From the NCBI GenBank assembly GCA_963828525.1, contig CAWHEP010000008.1:64001-128000 (forward strand): a stretch of DNA of 64,000 nucleotides. Reading direction: 5' to 3'. The translations under genes were made by a program, and so were the position numbers. Shown here one piece after another: positions 29,703 through 40,836 of this stretch. A model generated the notes under the pieces. That model worked only from the letters and a program-made list of their open reading frames with translations, did no database searches and was not told the DNA's origin. Origin of the DNA: an uncultured Verrucomicrobiae bacterium. Its GTDB lineage: Bacteria > Verrucomicrobiota > Verrucomicrobiia > Chthoniobacterales > Chthoniobacteraceae. How positions within the stretch are numbered: the first letter of the stretch is position 1; each line of letters opens with the position of its first letter.

Positions 29703-30791
29703 TTAGACGACTGGGAAGCCGGCAAACTTCAACCAAGCGGCATTTCGCGCGCATGCCTCGTGGTAGGAGATCACGGGCTCGTAATGGATCACGGTTCGAG
29801 CTTTCTTAATTGGCAGTTTATAATTGCAACTCTGCAATTCCGCCATCTCTTCGCTCATTCGGATGGGTGGTTGCCGGTCAATCTTCCAAGGAGACGGGAA
29901 CACGCGCCTTTGCGGCTTCGCGATGGCCGCTGTTGCCACACGCTTAATCCGGAGGGGTATGAACGGCAACAAGCGCTGGACGCCGTTGGAGGCGTGGAGT
30001 TCCTTCATCCTATCTTTGAACGAGGGAACAAATTGCGGCGTGATCGAGCCGGGCTCAGGTATTGAATTGGCATCGAACCCAAGCGCGTTGGCGATAGGCC
30101 GGTATAGATCCAGCCAGGTAAGAACCTCCCTATCTCCAACGCAAAACGCTTCGCCGTCTCCCTCCCCTGAAAGGCACAGCCGAATCGCCTCCACCAGGTT
30201 ATCCACGTAGATGGCATTGCATATTCCCGACCCGTGATTGATCAATGACGCGCGCCCTTCCAGCAACTCTTGAGCTATACCCGCCGTCCAGCGGGGGGAT
30301 CTCGGCCCATAGATGATTCCCGGGCGCAGGATCACAAGCTCCACCCCTCCTCCCTCGCGCAGCCTCATCAATTCAAGCTCGGCCCGCGCCTTGGCGTCAT
30401 TGTAAGGATATCTGGACTTCAAAGGCAGCGCGCTTGTCTCGTCCGTGCCCGCCTTGGGAGCAAGCCCATGCACGCTTGCAGAACTGATATAAACCAACCT
30501 TTTCACACCGGCGGAAGCAGCCGCGCGGTAGCAATTGACCGCGGTTCTGATTATTTCAACTGGCGGTCCCTGGATTGCGCTTATAAGCGCCTCACAACCT
30601 TCTATCGCGCCGTGGAGGCCATCCGGAGTCAGCGCGTCGGCGATCGCCCACGGCAAATCAAAACGAGCAAGGCCCGCCAGTGAAGAGAAGCTTCTTACAA
30701 CGGGGCGAACATCCGCGACCCCGCCAAGGTGAAAACTCTCGGTGAGGCGGCTGCCAACAAATCCGTTTGCGCCCAGGATAGCAATCTTCAC
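29703..30791 (-). CDS. NAD-dependent epimerase/dehydratase
   Basis: GANGFVG; SSASVHG; YNDAK (YxxxK); LRPGIIYGP. Confidence 0.88.
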   Translation of the reverse strand: MKIAILGANGFVGSRLTESFHLGGVADVRPVVRSFSSLAGLARFDLPWAIADALTPDGLHGAIEGCEALISAIQGPPVEIIRTAVNCYRAAASAGVKRLVYISSASVHGLAPKAGTDETSALPLKSRYPYNDAKARAELELMRLREGGGVELVILRPGIIYGPRSPRWTAGIAQELLEGRASLINHGSGICNAIYVDNLVEAIRLCLSGEGDGEAFCVGDREVLTWLDLYRPIANALGFDANSIPEPGSITPQFVPSFKDRMKELHASNGVQRLLPFIPLRIKRVATAAIAKPQRRVFPSPWKIDRQPPIRMSEEMAELQSCNYKLPIKKARTVIHYEPVISYHEACARNAAWLKFAGFPVV

Positions 30792-31876
30792 GCGGATCTG
30801 CCCTGCTCGAAGCGCCGGACGCCCTGCTGTTCAGCGTCTGTAAACCAACCCATTTCCATTGGCTTCCGAATAGAATAGCACCGTTCGATGAGCCGGAGAC
30901 TTTCAGCGCCAACAATGCCCGGCACCTCAAGTGGCGCGCTCCCCAGGATGGCCTCTTTGACGTTTCTGATCTGATTGATGAAACAGGAGTAGAAGTCGCA
31001 GTCGCTTCGCTGGAGAGGCATGTGTCTCGGGTTCGGACGAGGCTGATGAGCGGATGCGGAAAGGGACGATCCATGCCCGTCCCACTGGATTTCAAAGCGA
31101 TTTGTCTCCATAGCATTCCATGCGACCCAGCCTTTTTCGAATCGGACGAAATAACGATTCGATAGAGACGTGTCTCTGCTAAGCCTGACGGATCCGGCGA
31201 AACTGCCATAGTCAAAGTATACACAGCAATTTGCTTCCAAACCGCCCGCCGCATCATCTTCGTATCGCATATCAACAGGAGTCCCGAACCACCAGCCCAC
31301 AATATCGAGCACGTGAGCGCCCACATCCAGGAGCACACCGCCACGACTGCTGGATTTTTCAAAAAAAGAGGCGGACTGGGCAGGCCAGCTAAACTTCCCC
31401 CCCTCAGAAAACGAAAACTCGCGCGCTTCGCCGAGGGCTCCAGTAAGAATCAGCTCTTTGATTGCCTTTAGAGCGGGGAAGAAGCGACGGCACAGACCGA
31501 CAGCTAGAAGCGTCCCTGATTTCTCGGCAGCCAGGATCATCTCGCGCGTCTCCTTCTCCGTGTTTGCCATCGGCTTTTCGCACAGCACCGGGGTCCCCAT
31601 GCCCAACAAGGCGACTGATTGCTCAGCATGGAAGCGCGGAGGTGACGCGACTATAACAAGATCGGGCCTCGTCTCCATAATTCCCGCCAAGTCCCGCGCC
31701 CTGGCAGCTGCGGGAAAATGTTGTCCTATGATGGTCATCCGGGTATGGGCCGGGTCCATCACAGCGCATATGGTCATTTCCCGGGCTTGTTCCAGAGCCA
31801 GGAGAGCCGGCATGTAAAACATCTCCGAGATGGCGCCACATCCCACCAGCGCGACTCTGAATGATTCACCCGGCAT
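30788..31876 (-). CDS. Gfo/Idh/MocA family oxidoreductase
   Basis: VGCGAI; CEKPMA; GGVLLDVGAH. Confidence 0.9.
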   Translation of the reverse strand: MPGESFRVALVGCGAISEMFYMPALLALEQAREMTICAVMDPAHTRMTIIGQHFPAAARARDLAGIMETRPDLVIVASPPRFHAEQSVALLGMGTPVLCEKPMANTEKETREMILAAEKSGTLLAVGLCRRFFPALKAIKELILTGALGEAREFSFSEGGKFSWPAQSASFFEKSSSRGGVLLDVGAHVLDIVGWWFGTPVDMRYEDDAAGGLEANCCVYFDYGSFAGSVRLSRDTSLSNRYFVRFEKGWVAWNAMETNRFEIQWDGHGSSLSASAHQPRPNPRHMPLQRSDCDFYSCFINQIRNVKEAILGSAPLEVPGIVGAESLRLIERCYSIRKPMEMGWFTDAEQQGVRRFEQGRSA

Positions 31877-31918
31877 TGGCGGTTCGCGCTCCTCGGAAAC
31901 AGGCCCTGAAGATTTGCT

Positions 31919-33145
31919 TCATAGCACTAAAGAACTCTCGAGACAGGACTCGATCAGGCGCGTCCAAAGCAAGCTTCGCCAGTAGGACACAAGACTTCCA
32001 GGTACCTGCTTTCTCTCGCACGTACAGCGAACTTCGTGGCATCCGGCGCGCAGTATCTCGCCACTATGGTATCGTCGCGCCGCACCGACCAGTTGGGGCG
32101 AGGCGAACGGACTTGGAAATTCGTTTCTCAAGCTGGCGCTGAGACGATACGCCTGACGGGTGCTATACTCCACCGTATCTCCATTGCGGAAGCGTCCGTA
32201 GCCATACGGCATGTCGATGCACGCCTCGTACCCGTTCGCGAGAACTTCGTTTCTATAAAGAGAACAGAGGCGTATGAGGCTCTGTTCCCGCTCCCCATTG
32301 CCCGACCGGCGCACCCCGGGCCGGAACGAACCTGTGGCAACGTCAAAGTTGCTAAAGTGAAAGAACTGAAGAGCGGACTGGTTACATCTCCAGCCATCAG
32401 CCGTAAAACTGATTCTGCGGCTATGCAGATTCCAATAGGCCACGTTGTAGCCGGTGTCCTTTTCGATGCAGATGCCTTCGAATAGCAACGGAGCCAAATC
32501 CATGATTTTCTGATCCACGAAAAACGGCCTGCGGTAATCTGATGTAGAATTGTCAACAAGGCATGCTCTCCACCATTCAAGAATAGCAAGCGATCCGGGC
32601 GTATTTCGCGCAGCAAAGAAACCAGTATTATACAAGCCATCCCGGAGAAGGGCGTCCAAATACGCCACGTAGTGAGGGTCGTCTCCTTCTGGATAGGCGC
32701 GCTCTATATGGGGGGTGAGCACCGCGTCGAAAGTATCAAGTTTCTCGAGGATTCCGCTGAGGCTTCCTGTAACCCACACGTCCGAGTCGCAATAGATTGC
32801 TTTTTCGTAAAGACGAGTGCTCAGGACATACTGAAGGAGAAGGGGTTTTAGACTGCCTTGCAGCTCGTAAAGGCTGTACTTAAAACAAGTCTGCTCGATG
32901 GAGCTTAACCCGATGTCCGCCAGACTCAGGACCTCCCACGGCCCTTCAAGCGCAGGCGCCATTCCGTCGATACAGAGCACGAAGCATGCTGCTTGAGGAT
33001 GCGCCTTGTACACCGACGCGCAGAGGGTGGCGGCGCTTGCGGCATGGTTCCGCGCGACAACGGTGCAGACTGCCAACCGAGTTGTTGACGGCAGTATTCC
33101 TTCCTCTTGAGACTGCCACAATGGTTCGTTCTCCATCTTTTTCAC
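31919..33145 (-). CDS. GT-A (GT8-like) glycosyltransferase
   Basis: CTVV; LKPLLL; IYCDSDVW; LTPH; GLYNTGF; FVDQK; GYNVAYWNLH; FFHFS. Confidence 0.75.
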   Translation of the reverse strand: MKKMENEPLWQSQEEGILPSTTRLAVCTVVARNHAASAATLCASVYKAHPQAACFVLCIDGMAPALEGPWEVLSLADIGLSSIEQTCFKYSLYELQGSLKPLLLQYVLSTRLYEKAIYCDSDVWVTGSLSGILEKLDTFDAVLTPHIERAYPEGDDPHYVAYLDALLRDGLYNTGFFAARNTPGSLAILEWWRACLVDNSTSDYRRPFFVDQKIMDLAPLLFEGICIEKDTGYNVAYWNLHSRRISFTADGWRCNQSALQFFHFSNFDVATGSFRPGVRRSGNGEREQSLIRLCSLYRNEVLANGYEACIDMPYGYGRFRNGDTVEYSTRQAYRLSASLRNEFPSPFASPQLVGAARRYHSGEILRAGCHEVRCTCERKQVPGSLVSYWRSLLWTRLIESCLESSLVL

Positions 33146-33167
33146 CCCGCGCAGGGGCCCATTCCCA

Positions 33168-34379
33168 TCACGTTTTCAATAGAAGCTTCACCGTTCCCAT
33201 AAACGTGCGCGTGAACACCCCCATCGGGTGATCCAATGCAGTTTTCAGCAGAAACCCCAACGCGCTTCTCCTCCTTCCCTCTGATATACGAAGCCGCGCC
33301 TCATGGCATCCAGACAAAAGCCCCTTCTTTAGCTGGAGTTTCTCGGTCTCCAACGCAAGTTCCGAGGCCTCAAAAGGAAAAGGGTATTTCTTTTGAAGAT
33401 CTGCATTAAGGCGGTATTCTCGCCGAGTCGCGTCTTGGATCACCTCACCATTGTTGAAGGTTCCGTAACCGTAGGGACTTCTCGAATACCGCTCCCATCC
33501 GTTCAACAGCACAGCCTCTCGATAATCAGCGCAGAGCTTCACTAGTCCATTTCCTGAGCAGTCCTCCTACACGGCTCCGACGTTCTGCACGAAACTCTCC
33601 TTTAGCGACGTCAAAGCCGCTGAAGTGGAAGAAGTGAAGTATCTCTCCGTTGCAACGCCACCTTCCGCCGTCGAAAGAGATATTTCTATTGGGAAGATTC
33701 CAAACAGCCGCGTTATACCCCGCGCCCTTCTCAACATGGACCAGATCGAATAAGATAGGCGCGAAATCCATGATCTTTTGATCGACAAAAGAGGGGTCTA
33801 ATGAAGTCGCACGAGCAATCCTCCTTTAGCATGTCATCCCACCAGTCAAGAAGGCGCAGCGTCTCGTCGCCCCCCCTAACGGCGAAAAAACCAAGGTTGA
33901 AGAGTCCGCAGCGAAGGAAAATATCGACTTCCCTCTCGGAGTAATTCCGGAAATCTCTCGTTATGTGCGGAGTCAGAATCGCATTATGGCCCTCAAGACT
34001 TCGGAACACACCGGAGAGATCTGCGCAGACCCAGATGTCTGAGTCAAGGTATATCACCTTATCGCACCGTTCTTGGCGCAAAATATGTTTAAGGAGGGCA
34101 GCTTTGAAGCTGCAGGCAAGCTCGTATACGTTGTACTTGAAACATCGTCCATCATCCTCAAGTTTCAAATCGGCGGGAGTCAGCGAACGCAACCCCCTCG
34201 GGAGAGTCTGCCGGGACACCGTCGATGTAAAGAATGTAGCATCTTACATCTGCGTGCAGCGCGAGGACAGATTGGCACAGAGTGAATGCGTTGGCCGCGT
34301 GGCTCCTCGTAACGATTGTGCAGACAGCGCGAATAGCACCGCATTCATCATCCAGCGTCTCCCGAACGACCGGGTTCAT
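33168..34379 (-). pseudogene. GT8-like glycosyltransferase, tandem paralogue of 31919-33145, broken by three frameshifts (probably assembly errors)
   Basis: Fragments 34158-34379, 33731-34219, 33526-33771 and 33168-33542 align in order with the neighbour: CTIV, FKYNVYEL, IYLDSDIW, GLFNLGF, GYNAAVWNL, PYGYG, GCHEAR. Confidence 0.7.
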
Positions 34380-35409
34380 GTCTCACTAAAAGGTGCCACG
34401 CGACTCCGAACGAAAATCTTTCTGTATGCACTAATAATTGCCGGTGGTGCCCAGCCACGCACGATTTTCTTAAGGTAGACTCCCTCTTCTCAGGCGCAGG
34501 TTCAATGAACTTCAACAGTCTCTCGGACAAAGCCTCTCGCTTCCTTAGTATCATGAGAAGCTGGATAAAAGCGCCTCCAGTAAATCGGTGCAGGTCCGCA
34601 GTAGGGCAGTCATCCAGAATTGAACATAGCCAGTTAGAAACATTCACTCCGTTAGAGTCGCAGAAATCCAAGATAGCCACTGCCGTCTTCTCAACCCATG
34701 ACCGCCGTTCCCCGGAGGTGAAGGTTCTCCAGTCCTGGCCACTGTGCTGGCGGTACAAAGCCTGGGGGGTAGGATTTATGATTACCCTTCCATGCTTCGC
34801 ACATTCCATGAATAAAAGCCTGTCGTTGTCGAAGGGATTGGCTTGTTCTCGCACAGCTGAATAACTTTGCCTATAGATGTCCGATTGCACTAGCAAGGTG
34901 GAATAATGCACAGGTGTGCCCAAAAGACATGCTAGGGCAGCTCTCTTGGCATCTAAGCTCCAAGCTGTGGTGACGGGCGGGAATCCGGAGGCAGCCCAAC
35001 AGAGGGACGTCAAATCCGAAAATGTCATCCAAGACGACTCGCCGTCAACCCACAGAAAAGACGACCAATACGAGCCCACATCCGGCATCCGTTCCAAATA
35101 TCCCAAGGCTAGCGCAAGGTGAGTGTCAGCCCACCAGTCGTCATCATGAAGAACCGCAATGTATTTACCCTTCGACTCCCAGATAAGCGATTCTCCATGC
35201 GCAAGAGGCGCGAGGATGGGTTCACGGAAGATGTAACGTATTGGTAGTGAGGGAAAGCCACTACAGACATCGCGGGACGCCAGACACCCCGCATTCTCCG
35301 AAACGATCACTTCACTTACACTCCCGATCGCGGTCTGCCGCTCAATGGAGCGGAGCGCGGTCGCCAACATCCCGGCGCGGTTCGTCGTCGGCAGGAGAAC
35401 TGTGATCAT
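34348..35409 (-). CDS. Glycosyltransferase family 2
   Basis: MITVLLPT; LHDDDWW. Confidence 0.8.
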   Translation of the reverse strand: MITVLLPTTNRAGMLATALRSIERQTAIGSVSEVIVSENAGCLASRDVCSGFPSLPIRYIFREPILAPLAHGESLIWESKGKYIAVLHDDDWWADTHLALALGYLERMPDVGSYWSSFLWVDGESSWMTFSDLTSLCWAASGFPPVTTAWSLDAKRAALACLLGTPVHYSTLLVQSDIYRQSYSAVREQANPFDNDRLLFMECAKHGRVIINPTPQALYRQHSGQDWRTFTSGERRSWVEKTAVAILDFCDSNGVNVSNWLCSILDDCPTADLHRFTGGAFIQLLMILRKREALSERLLKFIEPAPEKRESTLRKSCVAGHHRQLLVHTERFSFGVAWHLLVRHEPGRSGDAG

Positions 35410-35505
35410 AGTTGATATGCACCGACAGCGTAGTTTATGGTTGGGTGGAAGAGATTAGACACCCATTTTTGATTCCAATCCGCGGTAAATCCCAGCAAAT
35501 CATCT

Positions 35506-36904
35506 TCAAGGCACAAAAGAATTGGTCATCACCACGCCTGATGACGCATAGGTTCCAACCCGTTCCTTCCTCACAGCTATTCTCGAATCCCTTTTCAAAA
35601 CGAGGCGGATTAATGAGCAGCATCCTGCAAGAGAGGCTTGTTCCCATCTTAACGACGGACGAATACACCCCCCTACATGCCCTCCATATTCTTCTCGGTC
35701 CACGCCTGTCTCATGGACACAAAATGAGACGGCGTTTCTAATACACACCTCCACATTCGTAGCGTTGGTAAGCAGGAATATGGTGATTGAGTAGGGGCCA
35801 TCGTTTAGGAAACGCGCGGGGAAAATGCACTCGTGCTGGTGTATGCCAGTTTCAAGGATCCTGGAATTGGTACCGGAGCACAGCACCCAAACGCCCTGCT
35901 TGTCGAAGAGGTGGATGCTGGAGGATATAAGAAGCGAGCCTTTGGTAACCGCGAAGTCAAACTGGAGGGCCACCTCTTTATCAATCTGGACTTCGCTGGT
36001 TACCTCTCCGGCGCATATGGTTCGCGCTGAGCGCAATCGCATCCGCTCATTACCCGCGTGCATATCATGTTCGTCCCAAGTCACCTCTCCCGTGCTCAGG
36101 GCGTGGGCCTTTACGTATTCGCCTATCACTTCGGAGGCGGCGCCATCCATCTCTTTCCTGCCATGCTCCATCAATATGCATCTAGAACAAAGATTAGCAG
36201 CCACGCCCATGTTGTGACTTACGAAGAGCACCGTCCGCCCGTCTCTTGCGACATCTTCCATTTTGCCAATACATTTCTTTTGAAACTGGAGGTCGCCGAC
36301 CGCCAACACCTCATCGATGATCAATATGTCGGGATCCAGATGCGCCGCGACTCCAAAGGCAAGGCGGACTGTACATTCCGCTAGAGTATCTCTTCACAGG
36401 TGTGTCGATGAACTGAGAGACCTCGGCAAATTCTACAATCTGCTCGAACTTCTTCCTGATCTCCTGCTTCTTCATGCCGAGGATCGCGCCATTCAGGTAT
36501 ATGTTGTCGCGACCGCTCAACTCGGGATGAAAGCCGGTTCCCACCTCCAGAAGCGACGCGACGCGACCGCGCATTGTGGCTTCCCCAGCGGTGGGCTCGG
36601 TGATCCTGGAGAGAATTTTCAGCAGCGTTGACTTTCCCGCGCCGTTTCGCCCAATGATGCCGACGATCTCGCCTCGCTCCACAGAGAACGAAACGTCCCT
36701 CAGCGCCCAAAATTCCGATGTAACCTTGGGAGGACGGGCATGGTGTCCGTTAAGGCCCGTGCCGTTTGCTGACGAATCCCTGCCATTGCGCCCAAGAAGA
36801 CGCCCCCACCATCCATCGAGCTGCTCCCTGAATGTGTGTCGTCCAAAATCCCCGAGCCGGTACCTTTTGGAGAGATCGACTACTTCAATAATAGGGTCAG
36901 ACAT
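35506..36904 (-). CDS. wzt: Polysaccharide ABC transporter ATP-binding protein with Wzt_C domain (frameshift near 36371)
   Basis: Walker A GRNGAGKST; LLEVGTGFHPELSGRDN; PVKRYSSGMY. One base removed gives VRLAFGVAAHLDPDILIIDEVLAVGD; then VSH and a C-terminal beta domain. Confidence 0.9.
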
Positions 36905-36909
36905 CTCAA

Positions 36910-37761
36910 TCAGACAGTGTCAATAAATGTTCGCTCGACATGCTGAAAAACCATCAAACCTCCCAGCAGCAGGAGCAGAGTAATAATACCCGATAGGACA
37001 AAGAACGGCCCCTCTACAAACCCTGCTCCCAGGAAAGCATACTTTGTTGCTTCAACGGGCATCGTCATGGGATTCAGCAAGCTTATCCAACGCCATTTTG
37101 GGGATATCTGCGACAGGGGATAAATAACGGGTGTCGCGTACATCCATAACTGCATCAGGAAGACGGATAGGTGACTGAAATCACGATAGGTTACCGTGAG
37201 CGCGGACATCCACAAGCCAACGCCAAGGCTGAGCGCCGCGACCTGCAGGATGACTACGGGAAGGAGAGCAAGCTGCCAGCGCAGACCGAACATCGCGACG
37301 GAAGAAGTGAAATATTTGTAGTAAATGTAAAAGACGGCGATTGTCGCCAGTTGCACGGCGACATTGAACAGGTTGGAGACTATCGCCGCCAGAGGCGGTA
37401 TCAGTCGGGGAAAATAAACTTTCCCAAAAAGCTGCGCGTTTCCTGTGAGTATGCTGGAAGTGGTGGCGAAATTCGTAGCGAAGTAGTTCCAGCCTAAAAG
37501 ACCGCACATATAGAATAAAGCGGGCGGAGCCTCCGCGGTGGGGATGCGGGCAATCTTGCCAAAGACGACCGTAAAGATGAAGGTCATCATCAACGGCTGA
37601 ATGACAAACCATGCCGGTCCAAGCAAGGTCTGCTTATATTTCGCGATGAAATCCCTGCGAATCATGATGAGCAGCAAGTCGCGATACTCCCACAAGGCGC
37701 GGAAATCGAAATGCAACCAGCGGCTGTTTGGGCGTATGTGCAGCCTATAAGTGGATGTCAT
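36910..37761 (-). CDS. wzm: Polysaccharide ABC transporter permease
   Basis: LWEYRDLL...RDFIAKYKQTLLGPAW; KVYFPR; YRD; YATPVIYP; NPM. Confidence 0.92.
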   Translation of the reverse strand: MTSTYRLHIRPNSRWLHFDFRALWEYRDLLLIMIRRDFIAKYKQTLLGPAWFVIQPLMMTFIFTVVFGKIARIPTAEAPPALFYMCGLLGWNYFATNFATTSSILTGNAQLFGKVYFPRLIPPLAAIVSNLFNVAVQLATIAVFYIYYKYFTSSVAMFGLRWQLALLPVVILQVAALSLGVGLWMSALTVTYRDFSHLSVFLMQLWMYATPVIYPLSQISPKWRWISLLNPMTMPVEATKYAFLGAGFVEGPFFVLSGIITLLLLLGGLMVFQHVERTFIDTV

Positions 37762-37807
37762 GCGGATGGGAGTCGCGCAACGCTTTCGGCGAGAACGCGA
37801 AAGGAAC

Positions 37808-40054
37808 TCAGGATTTGTCCCTGACAGACGCGTCAGAGCCACGACTCGGATGGGAGGCACCGTTTCCGTTGCTCCCGTTGCTCCCGTTGCTGCCGTTTTC
37901 GCCCGAGTGGGCATAGGCGCGATTACCGTACTTCTTATTGTAATACCTATATCCGTAATAATAGTAGCCGTACGGACTTGGAGGAACCTTGTTGAAGCTA
38001 ACACCAGGTATCCGTCCGCCCGCTTTCTGAATAGCTTCAATGGCGCGCGTAACCGCGCGCCGGGGGGTGCGACAAGCTTGCACGACAAGAGTTGCGTAGG
38101 GAATCTGGCGAAGAAGCAATGTTGTGTCGGCGAGGATGTTAACCGGCGCGCTGTCATAGAGCACCCAATCGAACTGCTTGCGTAGCTCGTCATCGAGTTC
38201 GCGAATCCGTTCGCTTCCGTTCGCGAGAAGCTCAGCGGGCCGTAATACATTGGTTCCCGCGGGAATGAGACTCAATCCAGGTATATCTGTGGGAAGAATG
38301 ACGTCAGCCACGCGTACTTTCTCATCGAGCAACTCAGACAGGCCCGGAGGCGATACTTTCTTCCCGAGAAGCAACTCATGAAGAACCGGCCGCCGCAAAT
38401 CGGCGTCAATCAACAACGTTTTCAGTCCCTGACGCGCTACAACTCCCGCGTAGTTCGTACAGCAAAATGTCTTCCCCTCGCCCGGAGACGCGCTTGTGAA
38501 AACAAGGGAGATGCCTGTATGCCCTACCTCTCTGGTCATGATGAGGGAGAGCGCGGCTCTAAGCGACCTGAATGCCTCCGCGACCGAGGAATCTTCATTG
38601 TGGAATGCCTGAGAGATGGCATCCCGCTTCTTTCGAGCGCCCTTGACCATGGGTATGCCGCTAAGCACCTCAAGGCCCGTTGCCTTCTCCACATGATCCA
38701 CTGTCTTCAAAGACGTATCGGCCAAGTGGAGTAGATAGATGAGGCCAAACGCAACCGTCAACCCGCCGAAGAGGGAGATGATCATGATCTTCTGCACATT
38801 CGGCTTGAAGGGAATCGCTGGCAGATTTGCCTCTTGGAAAACCCGGACAGCATCAGTCTTCAGCTTATCCGCGAGATCGGTGTCCTTCATCTTCCGAAGC
38901 ATCGCGTCGTAGAGCACGGAGTCCGTCTCAACCTGGCGGCTCAGATTTGAAAATTCGATACCGTTGCGATCAAGATCGAGTTCCGCTTTCTCCTGCTGGT
39001 GCAAAGCCGCCTCCAAACTGTCTACCTCGCCGTCCACTTTCTCCGCTTCAGACTTCAGAAGGGGTGGCATCTTCTTCGCAGCCTCCCGCATCGCCTGCCC
39101 ATACTCAGCTATTCGGCTCTGCGCTTCGATCATCCTGGGATGTCGCGGGCCGTAGCGCTGGCTCATCGTGGCTACGAGATTCGTAAATTCCGTAAGCGCG
39201 TGTTTGATAGCCATGATCTGCGGCTGATTCTGGACACTGGGCAGCATAAGCAGCGCGTCGGGATCATTTTTCAACTTATCCATCTGCTTGAGATCGGCGT
39301 ACAACTGCAGGCGATTCGCCTTCGCTGCGGTCACTCTCGCGTTTAGATCCTTTAGCTTATCAAGGATGATGTTCTTCCCCCCCTCAAATGCGACTGTTCC
39401 AAACTTCTCCTTATAGGACTCCAGCGCAGCCTCAGAAACTTCGACTTTGTGTTTGTAGATATCGACCTGATTCAGCAGAAACTCCAAAGCAACATTGTTG
39501 GCGGAGGTGCCGCGCTCGATGTTCTGCTTTATAAACTCGACACAAACGGTATCCGCGATCTTCTCGGCTGTGGGCGGATGGGTGTGTTCCACGTTGACGT
39601 CGATAAGGAGCGTGTTCGCCCGGACAGTAGCGGTGACCATCCCCATCAAATTGCCGGCGATCTCCTCGACAGAACGCTTGTGACCATCCTTGGGAGCTGG
39701 GAGGAAATCGGGGTCGTTCGCCAGATCGGCGGTCTTGGCAACCCTTAGGAGAAAAGGGAAGCTCCGCATATTCTCGACGAACGTGTTGCGGATTTCGCCG
39801 TTGTTGTAGTCCATCGGCATCGCGCGTTGAACAGGAAAGATATTGGTGTCCGCAGGCTCAACTTGAAGGGTCGCCGTTGACCGATAGGTCGGAGGGGTGC
39901 GCTTTACGTAGGCAGCACCGAGGAAGAGTGTGATGATCACGCACAGGGCCACCAGCCAAAGTTTCTCGAGCACCGCGTGCGCAAGATCTTTGTAACTGAG
40001 AAGCTCTTGGGTCTCAGGCCCCAGGGCGAGGCCGTCGGAAGCACCTTGGGCCAC
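37808..40054 (-). CDS. wzc: Polysaccharide co-polymerase / tyrosine autokinase (Wzc/GumC)
   Basis: Two TM segments flanking a coiled-coil; AEAFRSLR; Walker A SPGEGKT; LIDADLRRP; Tyr cluster YGYYYYGYRYY. Confidence 0.92.
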   Translation of the reverse strand: MAQGASDGLALGPETQELLSYKDLAHAVLEKLWLVALCVIITLFLGAAYVKRTPPTYRSTATLQVEPADTNIFPVQRAMPMDYNNGEIRNTFVENMRSFPFLLRVAKTADLANDPDFLPAPKDGHKRSVEEIAGNLMGMVTATVRANTLLIDVNVEHTHPPTAEKIADTVCVEFIKQNIERGTSANNVALEFLLNQVDIYKHKVEVSEAALESYKEKFGTVAFEGGKNIILDKLKDLNARVTAAKANRLQLYADLKQMDKLKNDPDALLMLPSVQNQPQIMAIKHALTEFTNLVATMSQRYGPRHPRMIEAQSRIAEYGQAMREAAKKMPPLLKSEAEKVDGEVDSLEAALHQQEKAELDLDRNGIEFSNLSRQVETDSVLYDAMLRKMKDTDLADKLKTDAVRVFQEANLPAIPFKPNVQKIMIISLFGGLTVAFGLIYLLHLADTSLKTVDHVEKATGLEVLSGIPMVKGARKKRDAISQAFHNEDSSVAEAFRSLRAALSLIMTREVGHTGISLVFTSASPGEGKTFCCTNYAGVVARQGLKTLLIDADLRRPVLHELLLGKKVSPPGLSELLDEKVRVADVILPTDIPGLSLIPAGTNVLRPAELLANGSERIRELDDELRKQFDWVLYDSAPVNILADTTLLLRQIPYATLVVQACRTPRRAVTRAIEAIQKAGGRIPGVSFNKVPPSPYGYYYYGYRYYNKKYGNRAYAHSGENGSNGSNGSNGNGASHPSRGSDASVRDKS
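37866..37897. repeat. 9-bp tandem repeat (about 3.5 copies of CCGTTGCTC) encoding an (NGS)n tail of Wzc
   Basis: ccgttgctc ccgttgctc ccgttgctg ccgtt read directly from the sequence. Confidence 0.8.
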
Positions 40055-40119
40055 TTACAGGCTCCTTTCAAAGCTGCGGACGCCTGCACCGAAAGAACTG
40101 GAAAAGATTAACTGAATGT

Positions 40120-40815
40120 TCACCACCATGTCTCTCCGACAGTGACTACATCGCCCGGTTTGATCTCAAATGGCTGCACATGGCTGTCCTTCGTCATCTT
40201 CCTGGCATCGACCCGGAAGGTCTGCTCGCTTCCTTCTGACCGACGAACGACAGTTATTTTGGAGGGATCAGCAATACGGGTGAAGCCTCCCGCCATGGCG
40301 ACGGCTTCAACAAGATTGATCGTATCCTGGGAGGAGAAAGAATAAGTCCCCGGACGCGCAATCTGCCCGAACATGATGAACCCGCGTGAGGAAAGAGCGG
40401 AAAGCGTGACCATGATCCGTGGGTTGACGAAAATCTGCTGCTTTACGTACTCGTTCCGAATCCGATCCGCAGCCCCATGAGTGGTCAACCCGCTCAGTTT
40501 CACCTGGTTAATCAGCGGGAGCGTCACGTTCCCGTCTTTGGTGATGCGGCAGGCCGTGGTCATGTCGTCTTCCCCATAGACAAGGACAGAAACGGCATCC
40601 CCAGGGCCAAGAATGTAATTATCCAGATCGGCGCGGGCCACGCTTTCGCCTGGAAGGGCGCGTAGCACCGGTAACGCGCGCTGCACCTCTTGAGCAGCTA
40701 TCGTTCCGGCAGCGCAGCACAACGCCAGAGACAGGACGGCTCGGAATAAGTTTGGGGAAATCTTCACGCGCTTTGGGTAAAATGATACCACAATCCCACA
40801 CAATTTCTTCTTCAA
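40120..40815 (-). CDS. wza: Polysaccharide export protein (Poly_export + SLBB)
   Basis: YILGPGDAVSV; DGNVTLPLI; GQIARPG; AVAMAGGFT; PGDVVTV. Confidence 0.88.
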   Translation of the reverse strand: MKKKLCGIVVSFYPKRVKISPNLFRAVLSLALCCAAGTIAAQEVQRALPVLRALPGESVARADLDNYILGPGDAVSVLVYGEDDMTTACRITKDGNVTLPLINQVKLSGLTTHGAADRIRNEYVKQQIFVNPRIMVTLSALSSRGFIMFGQIARPGTYSFSSQDTINLVEAVAMAGGFTRIADPSKITVVRRSEGSEQTFRVDARKMTKDSHVQPFEIKPGDVVTVGETWW

Positions 40816-40836
40816 GGAGGCCCGGCTATGCCCAGT

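Noticed and set aside
36910..38250. 446-aa extended Wzm and other long N-terminal extensions or antisense ORFs in the ORF track
   Set aside because: They overlap well-supported genes and lack motifs, as expected of shadow ORFs in GC-rich DNA.
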